Assembly (NCBI GenBank): GCA_964593965.1
Contig: CAZQKU010000001.1
Location: forward strand, 1-35,160
Direction: 5' to 3'
DNA length: 35,160 nucleotides
Origin: an uncultured Candidatus Saccharibacteria bacterium
Lineage (GTDB): Bacteria; Patescibacteriota; Minisyncoccia; Phycocordibacterales; PALSA-1337
The notes beneath the pieces are model-generated. The model saw only the letters and a list, made by a program, of their open reading frames with translations, did no database searches and was not told where the DNA came from. Made by a program: the position numbers and the translations under genes. Position 1 is the stretch's first letter, and every line of letters starts with the position of its first letter. Shown in pieces: positions 1-9,100 of this stretch.

Positions 1-74
1 TCCGTGCTCGTGCAGTAGTTTCGTAACACTTGAACCTTGGGTCTTGTACCCTTGCGCTCTCGTATTCTTTGCAT

Positions 75-108
75 CGCCGCCCAGCTCGACTGGGCGGCGA
101 ATTTTGTT
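75..108 (+). terminator. Rho-independent terminator of an upstream, off-window gene
   Basis: A perfect 9-bp GC-rich stem (CGCCGCCCA 75-83 / TGGGCGGCG 91-99) with a 7-nt loop, followed by AATTTTGTT. Confidence 0.5.
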
Positions 109-112
109 GCAT

Positions 113-146
113 TGAAACATTTTTCACTTTCCGCTGTACTAAAAAG
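113..146 (+). promoter_or_regulatory. ECF-type promoter P1 upstream of the sigma gene (TGAAAC-N17-GTACTAAAAAG)
   Basis: TGAAAC at 113-118, a 17-nt spacer, then GTACTAAAAAG at 136-146. The same layout recurs at 1814-1846. It resembles GAAC-type ECF promoters. Confidence 0.4.
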
Positions 147-168
147 ACAGAAGCTATATAATTGAAAA

Positions 169-801
169 ATGCCCGAAATAGACATTACTGACGAGCAAGC
201 GGCTTTGCTTGTGCAAAACGGGGATAAGGATAAATTCGGCCTTTTGATGGATCGGTACAAGGCTCGGCTTTTTCGGTATGGGCGCAAGTTCCTGGCCAAT
301 GAGGACAACATTGACGACGTCGTCCAGGACGTGTTCATCAAGGCCTACCAGAACATCCGCAGTTTCGATGTGTCGCAGAAGTTCTCGCCGTGGATATATC
401 GCATCGCTCACAACACGTACATCAACGCCATCAAGAAAATTTCCCGCGGGCCGATATATACTTTTGATTTTGACACTATCGTTTCGCACCCGGTCTATGA
501 GGATCCGCTCATCAAGGAAACCGAAGAAGTGGAGATGAAAAAAATGGTGGAAAAAGGTCTCGGCACCCTGTCGCCGAATTATCGGGAAATCGTCATTCTC
601 TACTACACCGAAGAATTGAGCTATAAAGAAATCGCCGACATTTTACGCATCCCCATAGGCACGGTCGGCATCAGGCTTAAACGGGCGAAGGAGGCGTTGA
701 AGAAAGGTTTCCTAGAAGAGTCGGCACGAAAGGAAGAAGAAAGAGAAAGCACAAGGGAAATAGAAAAGGTCGGCAGGGAAAGCGGGGAAAGAAAAAAATA
801 A
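169..801 (+). CDS. ECF-family (group 4) RNA polymerase sigma-70 factor
   Basis: 210-aa ORF. Region 2 reads DDVVQDVFIKAYQNIRSFD..FSPWIYRIAHNTYINAIKK. The region 4 HTH reads LSYKEIADILRIPIGTVGIRLKRAKEALKK. TATAAT at 157-162 lies 6 nt before the ATG. Confidence 0.9.
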   Translation: MPEIDITDEQAALLVQNGDKDKFGLLMDRYKARLFRYGRKFLANEDNIDDVVQDVFIKAYQNIRSFDVSQKFSPWIYRIAHNTYINAIKKISRGPIYTFDFDTIVSHPVYEDPLIKETEEVEMKKMVEKGLGTLSPNYREIVILYYTEELSYKEIADILRIPIGTVGIRLKRAKEALKKGFLEESARKEEERESTREIEKVGRESGERKK

Positions 802-806
802 AAAAC

Positions 807-1700
807 ATGAACAACAATAAAACACAACAGAATACTATAGAAAAAAATGTTCTCGAAAAGATACAATCGGGTGAAGTAAAAATGCGCTCGAAGACCTATT
901 TCGTACTCAAAGTAGCTCTGCTTGTCATCGTGGCTTTACTTGTTCTTGTTACGTCGGCTCTGCTTGTCAGCTTCATGATCTTTTCTCTACGGGTATCAGG
1001 ACGACTATTTCTTTTGGGTTTCGGTGAACGCGGTCTCATGGCTTTCTTTGTCACTTTTCCATGGTTTATTCTTATCGCTGATATTCTTTTTGTCATCCTC
1101 TTTGAACGTCTACTCAATCATTTCAAATTCGCCTACCGGACGCCGCTTGTCTATACGATCGGTGCGAGCGCGCTTATTATCATTTTGGCCGGCTTTGGCC
1201 TCGATCGGATCTCTTTCCACGAAACGCTTTTTCAGGAAGCGGCTGAACATCACCTCGGTCCGGTCGGTGGTCTCTATACGGATATCCGATTGCCACCGCG
1301 GCAGGAAGGGGTTTTCCGCGGTATTGTCACGAGTGTGGCCACAAATATTTCTGCTATGCCGCCGGGGTGGCCAGCCTACAATATGGGTACTTCCAGTATG
1401 GTCAGTACCAACTCTGCTGGCCCATTCATCAACGCTTTCACCATGCGTCGCTATGATGAAGATGTGGATACTGATTCTGCTACCGATACGGCCATGACAT
1501 GGTACGTCATTCTGCCGACGGGCGTATCGGTCGCTGGTTTCGTCAAGCCGGGTGATGTTGTTCTCGTAGCTGGGGATGTATTGGCGGCGAGTGGAACGGC
1601 AAGTGGAACAGTTGGTGGCAACAGTAATGGCACGAGTACTGGTAGCGGCACTATTCGCGCGTACGGCATCAGGGAAATATCAGCGGGAGATGAGCAATAA
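807..1700 (+). CDS. Polytopic membrane protein, putative cognate anti-sigma factor
   Basis: 297-aa ORF starting 6 nt after the sigma stop codon. It has several hydrophobic helices (e.g. YFVLKVALLVIVALLVLVTSALLVSFMIF) and a Ser/Thr/Gly-rich C-terminal tail. The anti-sigma role is inferred from position only; no ZAS motif was seen. Confidence 0.6.
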   Translation: MNNNKTQQNTIEKNVLEKIQSGEVKMRSKTYFVLKVALLVIVALLVLVTSALLVSFMIFSLRVSGRLFLLGFGERGLMAFFVTFPWFILIADILFVILFERLLNHFKFAYRTPLVYTIGASALIIILAGFGLDRISFHETLFQEAAEHHLGPVGGLYTDIRLPPRQEGVFRGIVTSVATNISAMPPGWPAYNMGTSSMVSTNSAGPFINAFTMRRYDEDVDTDSATDTAMTWYVILPTGVSVAGFVKPGDVVLVAGDVLAASGTASGTVGGNSNGTSTGSGTIRAYGIREISAGDEQ

Positions 1701-1813
1701 TGAGCAATAAATATCTTTTTTCATTCTCATGTAGTCAATGATTCGAAGAGTGTTCTTCAATCAAGTTCAAGTTACGAAGTAAGCTCCAACAAAATCTGCG
1801 ATAGTGAAAACAG

Positions 1814-1846
1814 TGAAATAAACTTTTTAGCGTGTGGTACTAAAAG
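1814..1846 (+). promoter_or_regulatory. ECF-type promoter P2 upstream of the flavin operon (TGAAAT-N17-GTACTAAAAG)
   Basis: TGAAAT at 1814-1819, a 17-nt spacer, then GTACTAAAAG at 1837-1846. It shares the pentamer, the spacer length and a 9-mer with P1 at 113-146. Confidence 0.45.
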
Positions 1847-1893
1847 CGTCGATTGGTTGCGGATAATTATAAAAAAAGACTATACTATGATGC

Positions 1894-2319
1894 ATGATTA
1901 AAAAATTGTTCTTGCCGTGTGTGGTGATTGTCGGCTTTATTGGTTTTGTTATCTACGGGCGGATGAAGGCGGCGCCGAGTACGGCGATAGTTCCACGTAT
2001 TTCGGTTTCTCCTACACTAGCTACGACAACCACTGGCCAATATAAAGACGGTACCTATACCGGCAGTGTGGCCGATGCGTATTATGGCAATGTTCAGGTG
2101 CAGGCGATAGTACAGAATGGCAACATCGCCGATGTTCAGTTTCTTCAATACCCGAGTGACAACGGCAATAGTGCGAATATCAGCCAGCGTTCTATGCCGC
2201 TTCTCAAAGCCGAAGCCATCAGTGCCCAAAGCGCCACTGTTGATATCATCTCCGGCGCTACCCAGACAAGTCAGGCTTTTCAACAGTCACTGACGGCGGC
2301 ATTGAATCAGGCTTCTTAG
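1894..2319 (+). CDS. FMN-binding domain protein, membrane anchored (predicted ApbE substrate)
   Basis: 141 aa. An N-terminal hydrophobic anchor (LFLPCVVIVGFIGFVIY) is followed by an FMN_bind-type domain carrying the flavinylation motif DIISGATQTS. TATACT at 1881-1886 lies 7 nt before the ATG. Confidence 0.85.
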   Translation: MIKKLFLPCVVIVGFIGFVIYGRMKAAPSTAIVPRISVSPTLATTTTGQYKDGTYTGSVADAYYGNVQVQAIVQNGNIADVQFLQYPSDNGNSANISQRSMPLLKAEAISAQSATVDIISGATQTSQAFQQSLTAALNQAS

Positions 2320-2363
2320 ATTTTAGACTAAAGACTAATGTCGCGGCAGAATAAAAAATAAAG

Positions 2364-3224
2364 ATGCGTGAAACAAAAATCATCATGGGTATGCCGGTGA
2401 CGGTGGAGATTGTTGAGAACGCCGACACTGCCGGCGTTCTTGTTGATTTTTCGAGCCTCATGCGCGAAGTCTTCGACTACTTTACCTATGTTGATGAAAA
2501 GTTCAGCACATATAAAAGTACCAGCGAAATCAGTGCTATCAATGCCGGCAAATTGGTGCTGGCTGATTACAGCGACGACATGAAAGAAATTTTTATGCTG
2601 GCGGAAAAGACAAAAAGAGAGACGGATGGATATTTTGATATTGTCAATCAGGATGGAAAATACGATCCGTCGGGTATCGTCAAAGGTTGGGCGATTTGGA
2701 ATGCGGGAAAAATTCTCCGGCGGCGCGGGGTGGAAAACTTTCTTGTTGATGCCGGTGGCGATGTACAAACAGCCGGTTTGAAAAGTGGCGATAAAAATAG
2801 CTCTGGCAAAAATAGTATAGGCGAAAAATGGAGCATCGGCATCGCCGATCCGTTTGCTAAAAATTATGGTGGTACAGTTATGACGGGTGCGCCGAGCAAA
2901 GTAGTCAACGTGATCCGTGTTAGTGGGGAAGGTGTAGCCACATCGGGAACGGCCATTCGTGGTCAGCACATTTATAATCCACATAAACGTACGTTCGACC
3001 AGAAAGATAGCCACGGCGAGACAGGTGACGGTATTTATGACATTGTCAGTCTGACCGTTATCGGTTCCAATATATATGAAGCTGATCGTTTTGCTACAGC
3101 CGCTTTTGCCATGGGGAGGCGTGGTATCGAGTTCATCGAAAATGTAGAAGGTCTCGAGGGTTACATGATTGATAAAGATGGCATGGCTATCATGACCAGC
3201 GGTTTTAAGAAATATGTTGTGTAG
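2364..3224 (+). CDS. apbE: FAD:protein FMN transferase (ApbE family)
   Basis: 286 aa with ApbE-like blocks: FSTYKSTSEISAIN, DPSGIVKGWA, LVDAGGDVQ, VATSGTA and ADRFATAAFAMG. No N-terminal signal peptide or lipobox is visible. Confidence 0.88.
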   Translation: MRETKIIMGMPVTVEIVENADTAGVLVDFSSLMREVFDYFTYVDEKFSTYKSTSEISAINAGKLVLADYSDDMKEIFMLAEKTKRETDGYFDIVNQDGKYDPSGIVKGWAIWNAGKILRRRGVENFLVDAGGDVQTAGLKSGDKNSSGKNSIGEKWSIGIADPFAKNYGGTVMTGAPSKVVNVIRVSGEGVATSGTAIRGQHIYNPHKRTFDQKDSHGETGDGIYDIVSLTVIGSNIYEADRFATAAFAMGRRGIEFIENVEGLEGYMIDKDGMAIMTSGFKKYVV

Positions 3225-3279
3225 AAGTGTTGTATAATTTGGTACATCTTATATTTTTGCCCATTCACTCATTTCCTCT

Positions 3280-5013
3280 ATGTCCTTCATCGACACAATC
3301 CTCAATAAGATCACCATGTACCGTTTGGCGTTGTACTATTTGATATTTCTCGTTCTGGCCGCCGCAGTGCTCGGTATGTTCGGGCATGTGTCATACGGAC
3401 CGGTGGCTATTCTTTTTTCGGCATTCTATATCACCCTCGTCTGCCTCGTGGTTAATGCCGTCTTCGCCTATTTCTTCGAGGCACCGGCCAATCCCGAATC
3501 GGTCTACATCACCGCTCTCATTCTTACCCTCATCATCGCGCCGATCCATTCGGCTACTGACATCCTATTTTTCGCTGTAGCAACGTGGGCTTCGATCTGG
3601 GCAATGGCTTCGAAGTACATTCTCGCCATCGGCAAAAAGCATGTCTTCAATCCCGCCGCTATCGCTGTGGTCATCACCGCTTTTTCGGTCGGTTTGTCGG
3701 CGAATTGGTGGGTGGGCACGGTCTGGATGTTGCCGTTCGTCGCGGTTGGTGGCTTGCTCGTGGTGCGGAAACTTCAACGTTTCAAAATGATGGGGAGTTT
3801 CGTGGCGGCCGCCCTCGTCGTCGTGATCATTCATCATCCGGCGGTGGTGACGATATGGAAAGCTCTCGCCGAGACGCCACTTATTTTCTTCGCTTGTATC
3901 ATGCTGACGGAGCCATTGACCGCGCCTTCGACGCAGAAAATACGTATCGTCTACGGTGTTTTGGTCGGCTTGCTTTTTGCGCCATTTGTGCATATCGGTT
4001 CCATATATTCGACGCCAGAGCTGGCGCTCGTTGTCGGCAACGTTTTTGCTTTTATGGTCGTAAGTCCGAAGAAAAAGTTCGTTTTGAAACTGCGCGAGAA
4101 AAAGCAAGTGGCGGCGGGGACGTTCGAGTTTTGGTTCGAGGAAGCGGGAAAAGGCGGCGCGGGGAAAGATGGAACTCGCGGCAAACTTACCAATTTTACA
4201 TTCCGACCGGGTCAATATCTCGAGTGGACGCTTGAGCCGAAATTGGGTCTCCCGGAAAAATCGGACGGTTCATCGACGGCTATTTCATTTTCATCATTTA
4301 TCGCCGGTTTCCGCCGCATCTTTTTTAATATTTTTTCAGCGGACAATCGCGGTATTCGTCACTATTTTACTATTGCTTCATCGCCAGGAGAAGCGGCAGA
4401 AAAGGGCATTGCCATCGGAGTCAAATTTTATGGACATGTTGCGGGCGGTAGCGGACAGTCGAGTACTTTTAAAAAAGTTCTCATGGCTATGAAGCCCGGC
4501 GATACGATCGTGGCGTCGGGCATGGCGGGGGATTTTTTTCTGCCGCCGAAAGTTGTCACATCGATCAAGGGAAAAGATGTACCGACGAGCGATCAGCGCA
4601 TCGTCATGATGGCCGGTGGTATTGGTATTACGCCGTTTCGCAGTATGATTGCCGATTTGCTTGACAGGAATGAGCAGAGACCCATCCGTATTATTTATTC
4701 CAATAAGACTGCCGCCGACATCGCCTACAAAGACATCTTCGACGAGGCGAAGAAACGCCTCGGCGTGAAGACTGTCTATACCCTCACCGATATCAACACG
4801 GATACCAACCCGAATGCCATTCCTGCCGGCTGGCGCGGGCGGCGCGGTTTTGTGGACGCAAAAATGATCGAGGAAGAAATACCCAGCTATATGAACTGCC
4901 TATTCTATCTCTCCGGCCCGCGGGCTATGGTGACAGCGTACGAAAATATTCTCTTTGACATGGGAGTGCCGGGATCGCAGATCAAGAAGGACTTTTTCCC
5001 GGGGTTTGTATAG
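3280..5013 (+). CDS. Fusion protein: RnfD/NqrB-like polytopic membrane domain plus ferredoxin-NADP reductase-like FAD/NAD(P)-binding module
   Basis: 577 aa. The N-terminal ~250 aa are multi-TM and carry FFACIMLTEPLTAPS (compare FMxTDPVTxP of RnfD/NqrB). The C-terminal part has RHYFTIASSP (the RxYS FAD motif), MMAGGIGITPFRSM (the GGxGxxP NAD(P) motif) and YLSGPRAMV. Confidence 0.85.
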   Translation: MSFIDTILNKITMYRLALYYLIFLVLAAAVLGMFGHVSYGPVAILFSAFYITLVCLVVNAVFAYFFEAPANPESVYITALILTLIIAPIHSATDILFFAVATWASIWAMASKYILAIGKKHVFNPAAIAVVITAFSVGLSANWWVGTVWMLPFVAVGGLLVVRKLQRFKMMGSFVAAALVVVIIHHPAVVTIWKALAETPLIFFACIMLTEPLTAPSTQKIRIVYGVLVGLLFAPFVHIGSIYSTPELALVVGNVFAFMVVSPKKKFVLKLREKKQVAAGTFEFWFEEAGKGGAGKDGTRGKLTNFTFRPGQYLEWTLEPKLGLPEKSDGSSTAISFSSFIAGFRRIFFNIFSADNRGIRHYFTIASSPGEAAEKGIAIGVKFYGHVAGGSGQSSTFKKVLMAMKPGDTIVASGMAGDFFLPPKVVTSIKGKDVPTSDQRIVMMAGGIGITPFRSMIADLLDRNEQRPIRIIYSNKTAADIAYKDIFDEAKKRLGVKTVYTLTDINTDTNPNAIPAGWRGRRGFVDAKMIEEEIPSYMNCLFYLSGPRAMVTAYENILFDMGVPGSQIKKDFFPGFV

Positions 5014-5047
5014 GTTTATTATGTTTAATTAAGGAGGATGGCCTGTG

Positions 5048-5066
5048 TTGTGCCCGGGGTGGGACT
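5048..5066 (-). repeat. Orphan copy of the tRNA-Leu(UAA) 3' end (att-like direct repeat)
   Basis: Identical to 12454-12472 (16 nt of the tRNA 3' end plus 3 nt downstream). The sequence diverges immediately beyond it, so no complete tRNA is present here. Confidence 0.6.
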
Positions 5067-5195
5067 TGGTCACGGATAATTTTCTCGCCGTCGCTCGAAA
5101 ATTTCCGCGACCCCGCCTCGCGGTCTCGTCTGTTGACTCGACAACGCTCCGGCTTTCTCGTTCCACACGCGAAGCGCGAGGGCGCTTCGCTCCCA

Positions 5196-5430
5196 GCACA
5201 AACTCACTTTGTTCGTTTGTGCCGATTCCTGAACGAAGTTCGAACCTTTTTCGCCGCGAATCCGGAACAATGAGGTGTCGCTTCGCGACGCTTCCTTAGT
5301 GTGGGGTCGTCCCATTGCGCCTTCGCTCCGCTCGGCGCTGGGAGAAGGGCGGACGGCAGCCGGGGGTGTGGGGGAAGGTCGCCGTCCGCCCTTCCTCTTC
5401 GTTTTCGCGCGCCGCCCTGCAGGTTTTTTC
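5196..5430 (+). repeat. GC-rich hairpin-dense repeat, copy A (inverted relative to copy B)
   Basis: The reverse complement of 10523-10758 aligns over ~215 nt with a handful of substitutions and two 1-nt indels. It contains a perfect 14-bp stem (5344-5357 / 5381-5394). GC-rich structured sequence continues outward across 5067-5195 and as a 9-bp hairpin at 5462-5488. Confidence 0.8.
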
Positions 5431-5553
5431 GGGCGGGGGCGGAACCAATTCAGAAATCCTCGTGGCTCATTTCCACCATATGAGCCACAATAATATTTAG
5501 CGCATGAATTGATACTTTGCATCGCGCGGAGAACCCACGCGAGCGATATGTCC

Positions 5554-6144
5554 TTACTCCACCAATTTCACTAGGTAACGCGTTGTAATCGCGCTTGAGA
5601 TATGCAGAAGTTTTTGGACGTCTTCGTTGGCAAAGATTTTATTTTTTTGTGCGAACAGAATGATCTTGTCGAGCTTTTTCTGCTTGTTGGACTGAATCTT
5701 AGCTTGAGCTTTGATGAGCAAGGCGTGAATGAATCCGGCTTGATATTGTTGCGCCGACGATTGCGCCTGTGGCACTGGCGAAGTCAGTGGCGTCGGCGCG
5801 GACGGCGCAGACTGTGGTTCAGATTGATTTGGAACCGGTTGAACTTCTTCAGAAGCTGGCGGATTATTGTTTACAGGAGTTGGCTGGTCTTCAACCGGCG
5901 TTTCTGGCTCATTTGGAGCAGAAATTGGCTCATCTGGCACCTCGCTTTTTGGCTGATTTACCCCTTGATTTTGATCTTCGACGGAAGTGTTAATAGAAAC
6001 GCTTTTAGGCGATTCTGGGGCCTCTGTGGGCAAATCGGTAGGCGTAGAGCCATCTGACTGGCTAGAAACGTCAGAAATCGGTACTTCATGAGTTTGAGCT
6101 TCTTCTGGAGGCGTAGCTATGTCTTGTGATTGATCATCATCCAT
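5554..6144 (-). CDS. Hypothetical protein: acidic/Pro-rich disordered N-terminus with a C-terminal winged-helix-like domain
   Basis: 196-aa ORF. The low-complexity N-terminal ~130 aa are rich in P/E/Q/S. The C-terminus reads KIILFAQKNKIFANEDVQKLLHISSAITTRYLVKLVE and looks HTH-like. It lies 25 nt downstream of the giant gene on the same strand. Confidence 0.6.
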   Translation of the reverse strand: MDDDQSQDIATPPEEAQTHEVPISDVSSQSDGSTPTDLPTEAPESPKSVSINTSVEDQNQGVNQPKSEVPDEPISAPNEPETPVEDQPTPVNNNPPASEEVQPVPNQSEPQSAPSAPTPLTSPVPQAQSSAQQYQAGFIHALLIKAQAKIQSNKQKKLDKIILFAQKNKIFANEDVQKLLHISSAITTRYLVKLVE

Positions 6145-6168
6145 GAGGAGGAATATTTTACCAGATTT

Positions 6169-9100
6169 TCATTTCATCAGCGCGTTGACCTCATTCATCG
6201 TTGCTACTCCAAAGAATCCAGTCGGGACCGTCAATCCTTGCGGCTCGAGTATCTCTTTCTTGTACGCTTGCTGGAACTTCATTAAAGCGGCTTTCGTTGC
6301 AAGACCGAAATATGTCGTCTCGTGTCCGGGAGAGCCTGCTCCATTCTTGGCGACGATGAAACCTTGAGAATTGAGAAATATCTGCAACTTCTTAACATCG
6401 CTACTGGTCACACCAGATTTTAATGTCCGTAAAAACGACGATCCGGAATTCGACGACGGCGTTTTTACAGAAATAACATTTTGCGTCGGAACATTTTGTG
6501 CTGGAATCGTTATTCCGTATTGATTAGCAACTTGCTGTGCCTGCGTGTAGAAGCCCATCGCCAGAAGATTATTGACTTGGCTTGAGGCACTGCCACCGCT
6601 AGAGCTGTAGCTGGTAGTAACAGCGGGTGGTAGGACTGCGTTTTTGACTGTTACTGTTATTAATGACGATGTAGCGTAATTCCCCGCGTTATCTCGTGCC
6701 ACGGCAACAATGGTATGCAATCCGTCAGAAACTGCTGTTGAATCCCATGTTGTCGTATATGGAGCGACCGTGATTTCTGATCCGATGTTGGTGGTACTAT
6801 CCAACTTGAATTGCACGCCTGCGACAGCTACATCATCGGAAGCTGTCGCGGACAAAGAGACCGCCGAACCGGCAACGGTAGAACCGCCTGAAGGTGATGT
6901 GAGAGCAACCGTCGGAGGTGTGGTATCAGTGGTCGTAAATGGCAGGATTGAGCCCGTGCTCGTTCCGGCCGAGTTCACCGCATATGCGCGGAAGTAGTAG
7001 GTGGTATTGGGTGTGAGGCCTGTAAAACTCTGACTGAATGTCGTTATACCAGTCTGACCGTTCAGGGTTGTAGTCGCAATGACCGTGGCGAGAGTCGGTG
7101 ATGTGCCGTATGCAAATCCAGATTGCGTAGCATCGGCTCCGCCAGTCGAAGTAATCGAAGCGTTCAGAGTTGCAGTCGAAGTCGAGATCGGCGAAGCGGC
7201 GACAGTTGAAATCGACGGTGCCACTATCGGGTCGCCATACATACCGAAGTCAGAAAAGTTAGAAGTACTGCAAGTTACCGTTTTGGCTCCTGTATTCACC
7301 GAGCAACCAGTGAGCGCGGTCCATGAACTGCCATCATATCTGTAGATCTTCAATGAAGACTCCAGAATGCCTGTAATATCACCAGAGACATAGCTCATCG
7401 TCACGGTCAGTGCTTGGCTGAATGTTGGTAGAGTCGTAGTGGCATCGGTCAAAGCTTTCAAATTGAAAATCTTATTGCCCACGAGCGACTTACTTGTCGG
7501 CGCGCCGGCTGAAGCAATGAAAGCTGTCGGGTCAAGACTTTTGATCTGGAAATTGGCGAAAGTGGATGTGCTGGTGAAAGATGTTGGAACAGTTATAGAT
7601 AGAGTATCCAGATTTAATGGTCCACCGGAAGCCGTAGTGAGCATGCTGGATGTCGAAGTAGATACAGCCGCATTGCCGGTACAACCGGTGGTAATGAAAG
7701 TTGAATCAGTAGAGCTGGCCGTACCATTTTTGAGATATACAAGATCGTTTGTGATGCTTAGGCGATTACTACGGACACGATAGTGGTACAAGACACAAGA
7801 TTGCAAGCCAGACACAGTAATCGAGTGACCGGTAATTTTTCGAGTGGTGGAAGAATTATCCTGTTCAGCGGTAGAGGTGGAATAATTGGAGGTGAGATCA
7901 AAATCGACGATGCTGGAAGACGAGGCATTCGATGTCCAACCGATGATGGCAGAAGATGCCGTCGTAGAAGTAGAAATATTACTTATTAAGGTGAGGGGAT
8001 GAATTAAAGCGTCAATTGCAGGCCATATACGATTTGCAATTACCGTTTCTCCAACAGTGTTCTGGTGCGTACCATCAGGATTATAGTAAGTGGTATTAGA
8101 GTTCTGTCCCGCTTGCCCCATAACAGGGTCATTGCCCATGTCTACTAACGCTTGGGCATATGTAGTATAGTTAGCGCGTAACGAAGCATTTGTAGCTTGC
8201 CTAACAACTTCGCTTGGATTCTCGGTATTGGGCAATACGGTAACGGCTATATTCTCCCAACCTACAGCTTGTCGAGCACTATAATAAGTGGGCAAATTAG
8301 TATATGCTGGTTCATTTGTTCCCTCCCATCCAACAAGTATGTTATTGACTAATGTTGAGTCAAAAAGCGGATCAACTTTGGTTGGCGCGTCGACTATCAA
8401 TTGGCTTGTCGTTTTACCAGAGACCGCCTGATTTACATATGGCACCTTAACAGTTTCTAAGCCATCTATGATGTCAGAGAAAGGAATAGCTCCTAACGCG
8501 CCGCCGGCAGAGATGCTATTACCATCGTATACTACTCTGTTCGTAAGTGGTAATGGCCACGTCCATGGAATATTGAACCTTGAAGCAAGATATGCATTTA
8601 CATTGTTAATCTCATTGAAAGAAAGAGCTCTATTATATATATAAACGGCTTGTATATAACCATTAAATAAAAAACTGCCATCTCCTCCTATATTCCAAAC
8701 AGATGTTGTGTCAAAGTTTGGGAGACCCGCACCCTCAGTTGCAAAAGTATTAAATGCAGATGGAGATCCATCAGAAGGAAGATAGCCATTCAGATAAATT
8801 AACTGGGTGCCGCTTGTACTGATGTTTGGATCGGGAGTGAATGAATCCTCATAAACATTTCCGTGTAATAAACTATTTGTGGTCGAAGAAAAATTGTAAT
8901 TGCCGTCGCCATAATTTTTGACCTGTGAACTACTTGTAACAAGCCACCATGCTCGATTTGAAGAAGATCCCTTATGCAACAAATTAGCATATGTAACACC
9001 AGATGAAGTTTGTTTATACACAATAAAGACGGTTGATGAACCAGTGTTGCCAAAATTAAGAACACTGGGATTACCTAAAGTTAGAAGCGTATTGGCACTA

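Noticed and set aside
5045-5460. The GC-rich element considered as a known housekeeping RNA: tmRNA, RNase P RNA, SRP RNA or 5S rRNA.
   Set aside because: I could find no acceptor-stem partner (GCCCGGG) for the tRNA-like 3' fragment, no RNase P P4 motif (GAGGAAAGTCC) and no SRP domain IV motif. One stretch (TAGTGTGGGGTC...CCCAT.GCG at 5298-5320) matches, from my memory of E. coli 5S rRNA, the helix IV/loop D region. However, the loop E (GATGGTA / AGAGTAGG) and loop C (CCGAAC) signatures are missing, so I treat that match as coincidence. An Rfam cmscan would settle it.
5070-5522. A 150-aa minus-strand ORF, together with overlapping + strand ORFs at 5275-5500 and the 10442-10789 / 10473-10676 ORFs, crossing the GC-rich repeats.
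   Set aside because: Their composition is Arg/Pro/Gly-rich, as expected from translating GC-rich non-coding DNA. The two repeat copies differ by 1-nt indels, so the shared peptide (PTPPAAVRPS..AERSEGAMGRPHT) switches frame between copies. This is inconsistent with selection on a protein.
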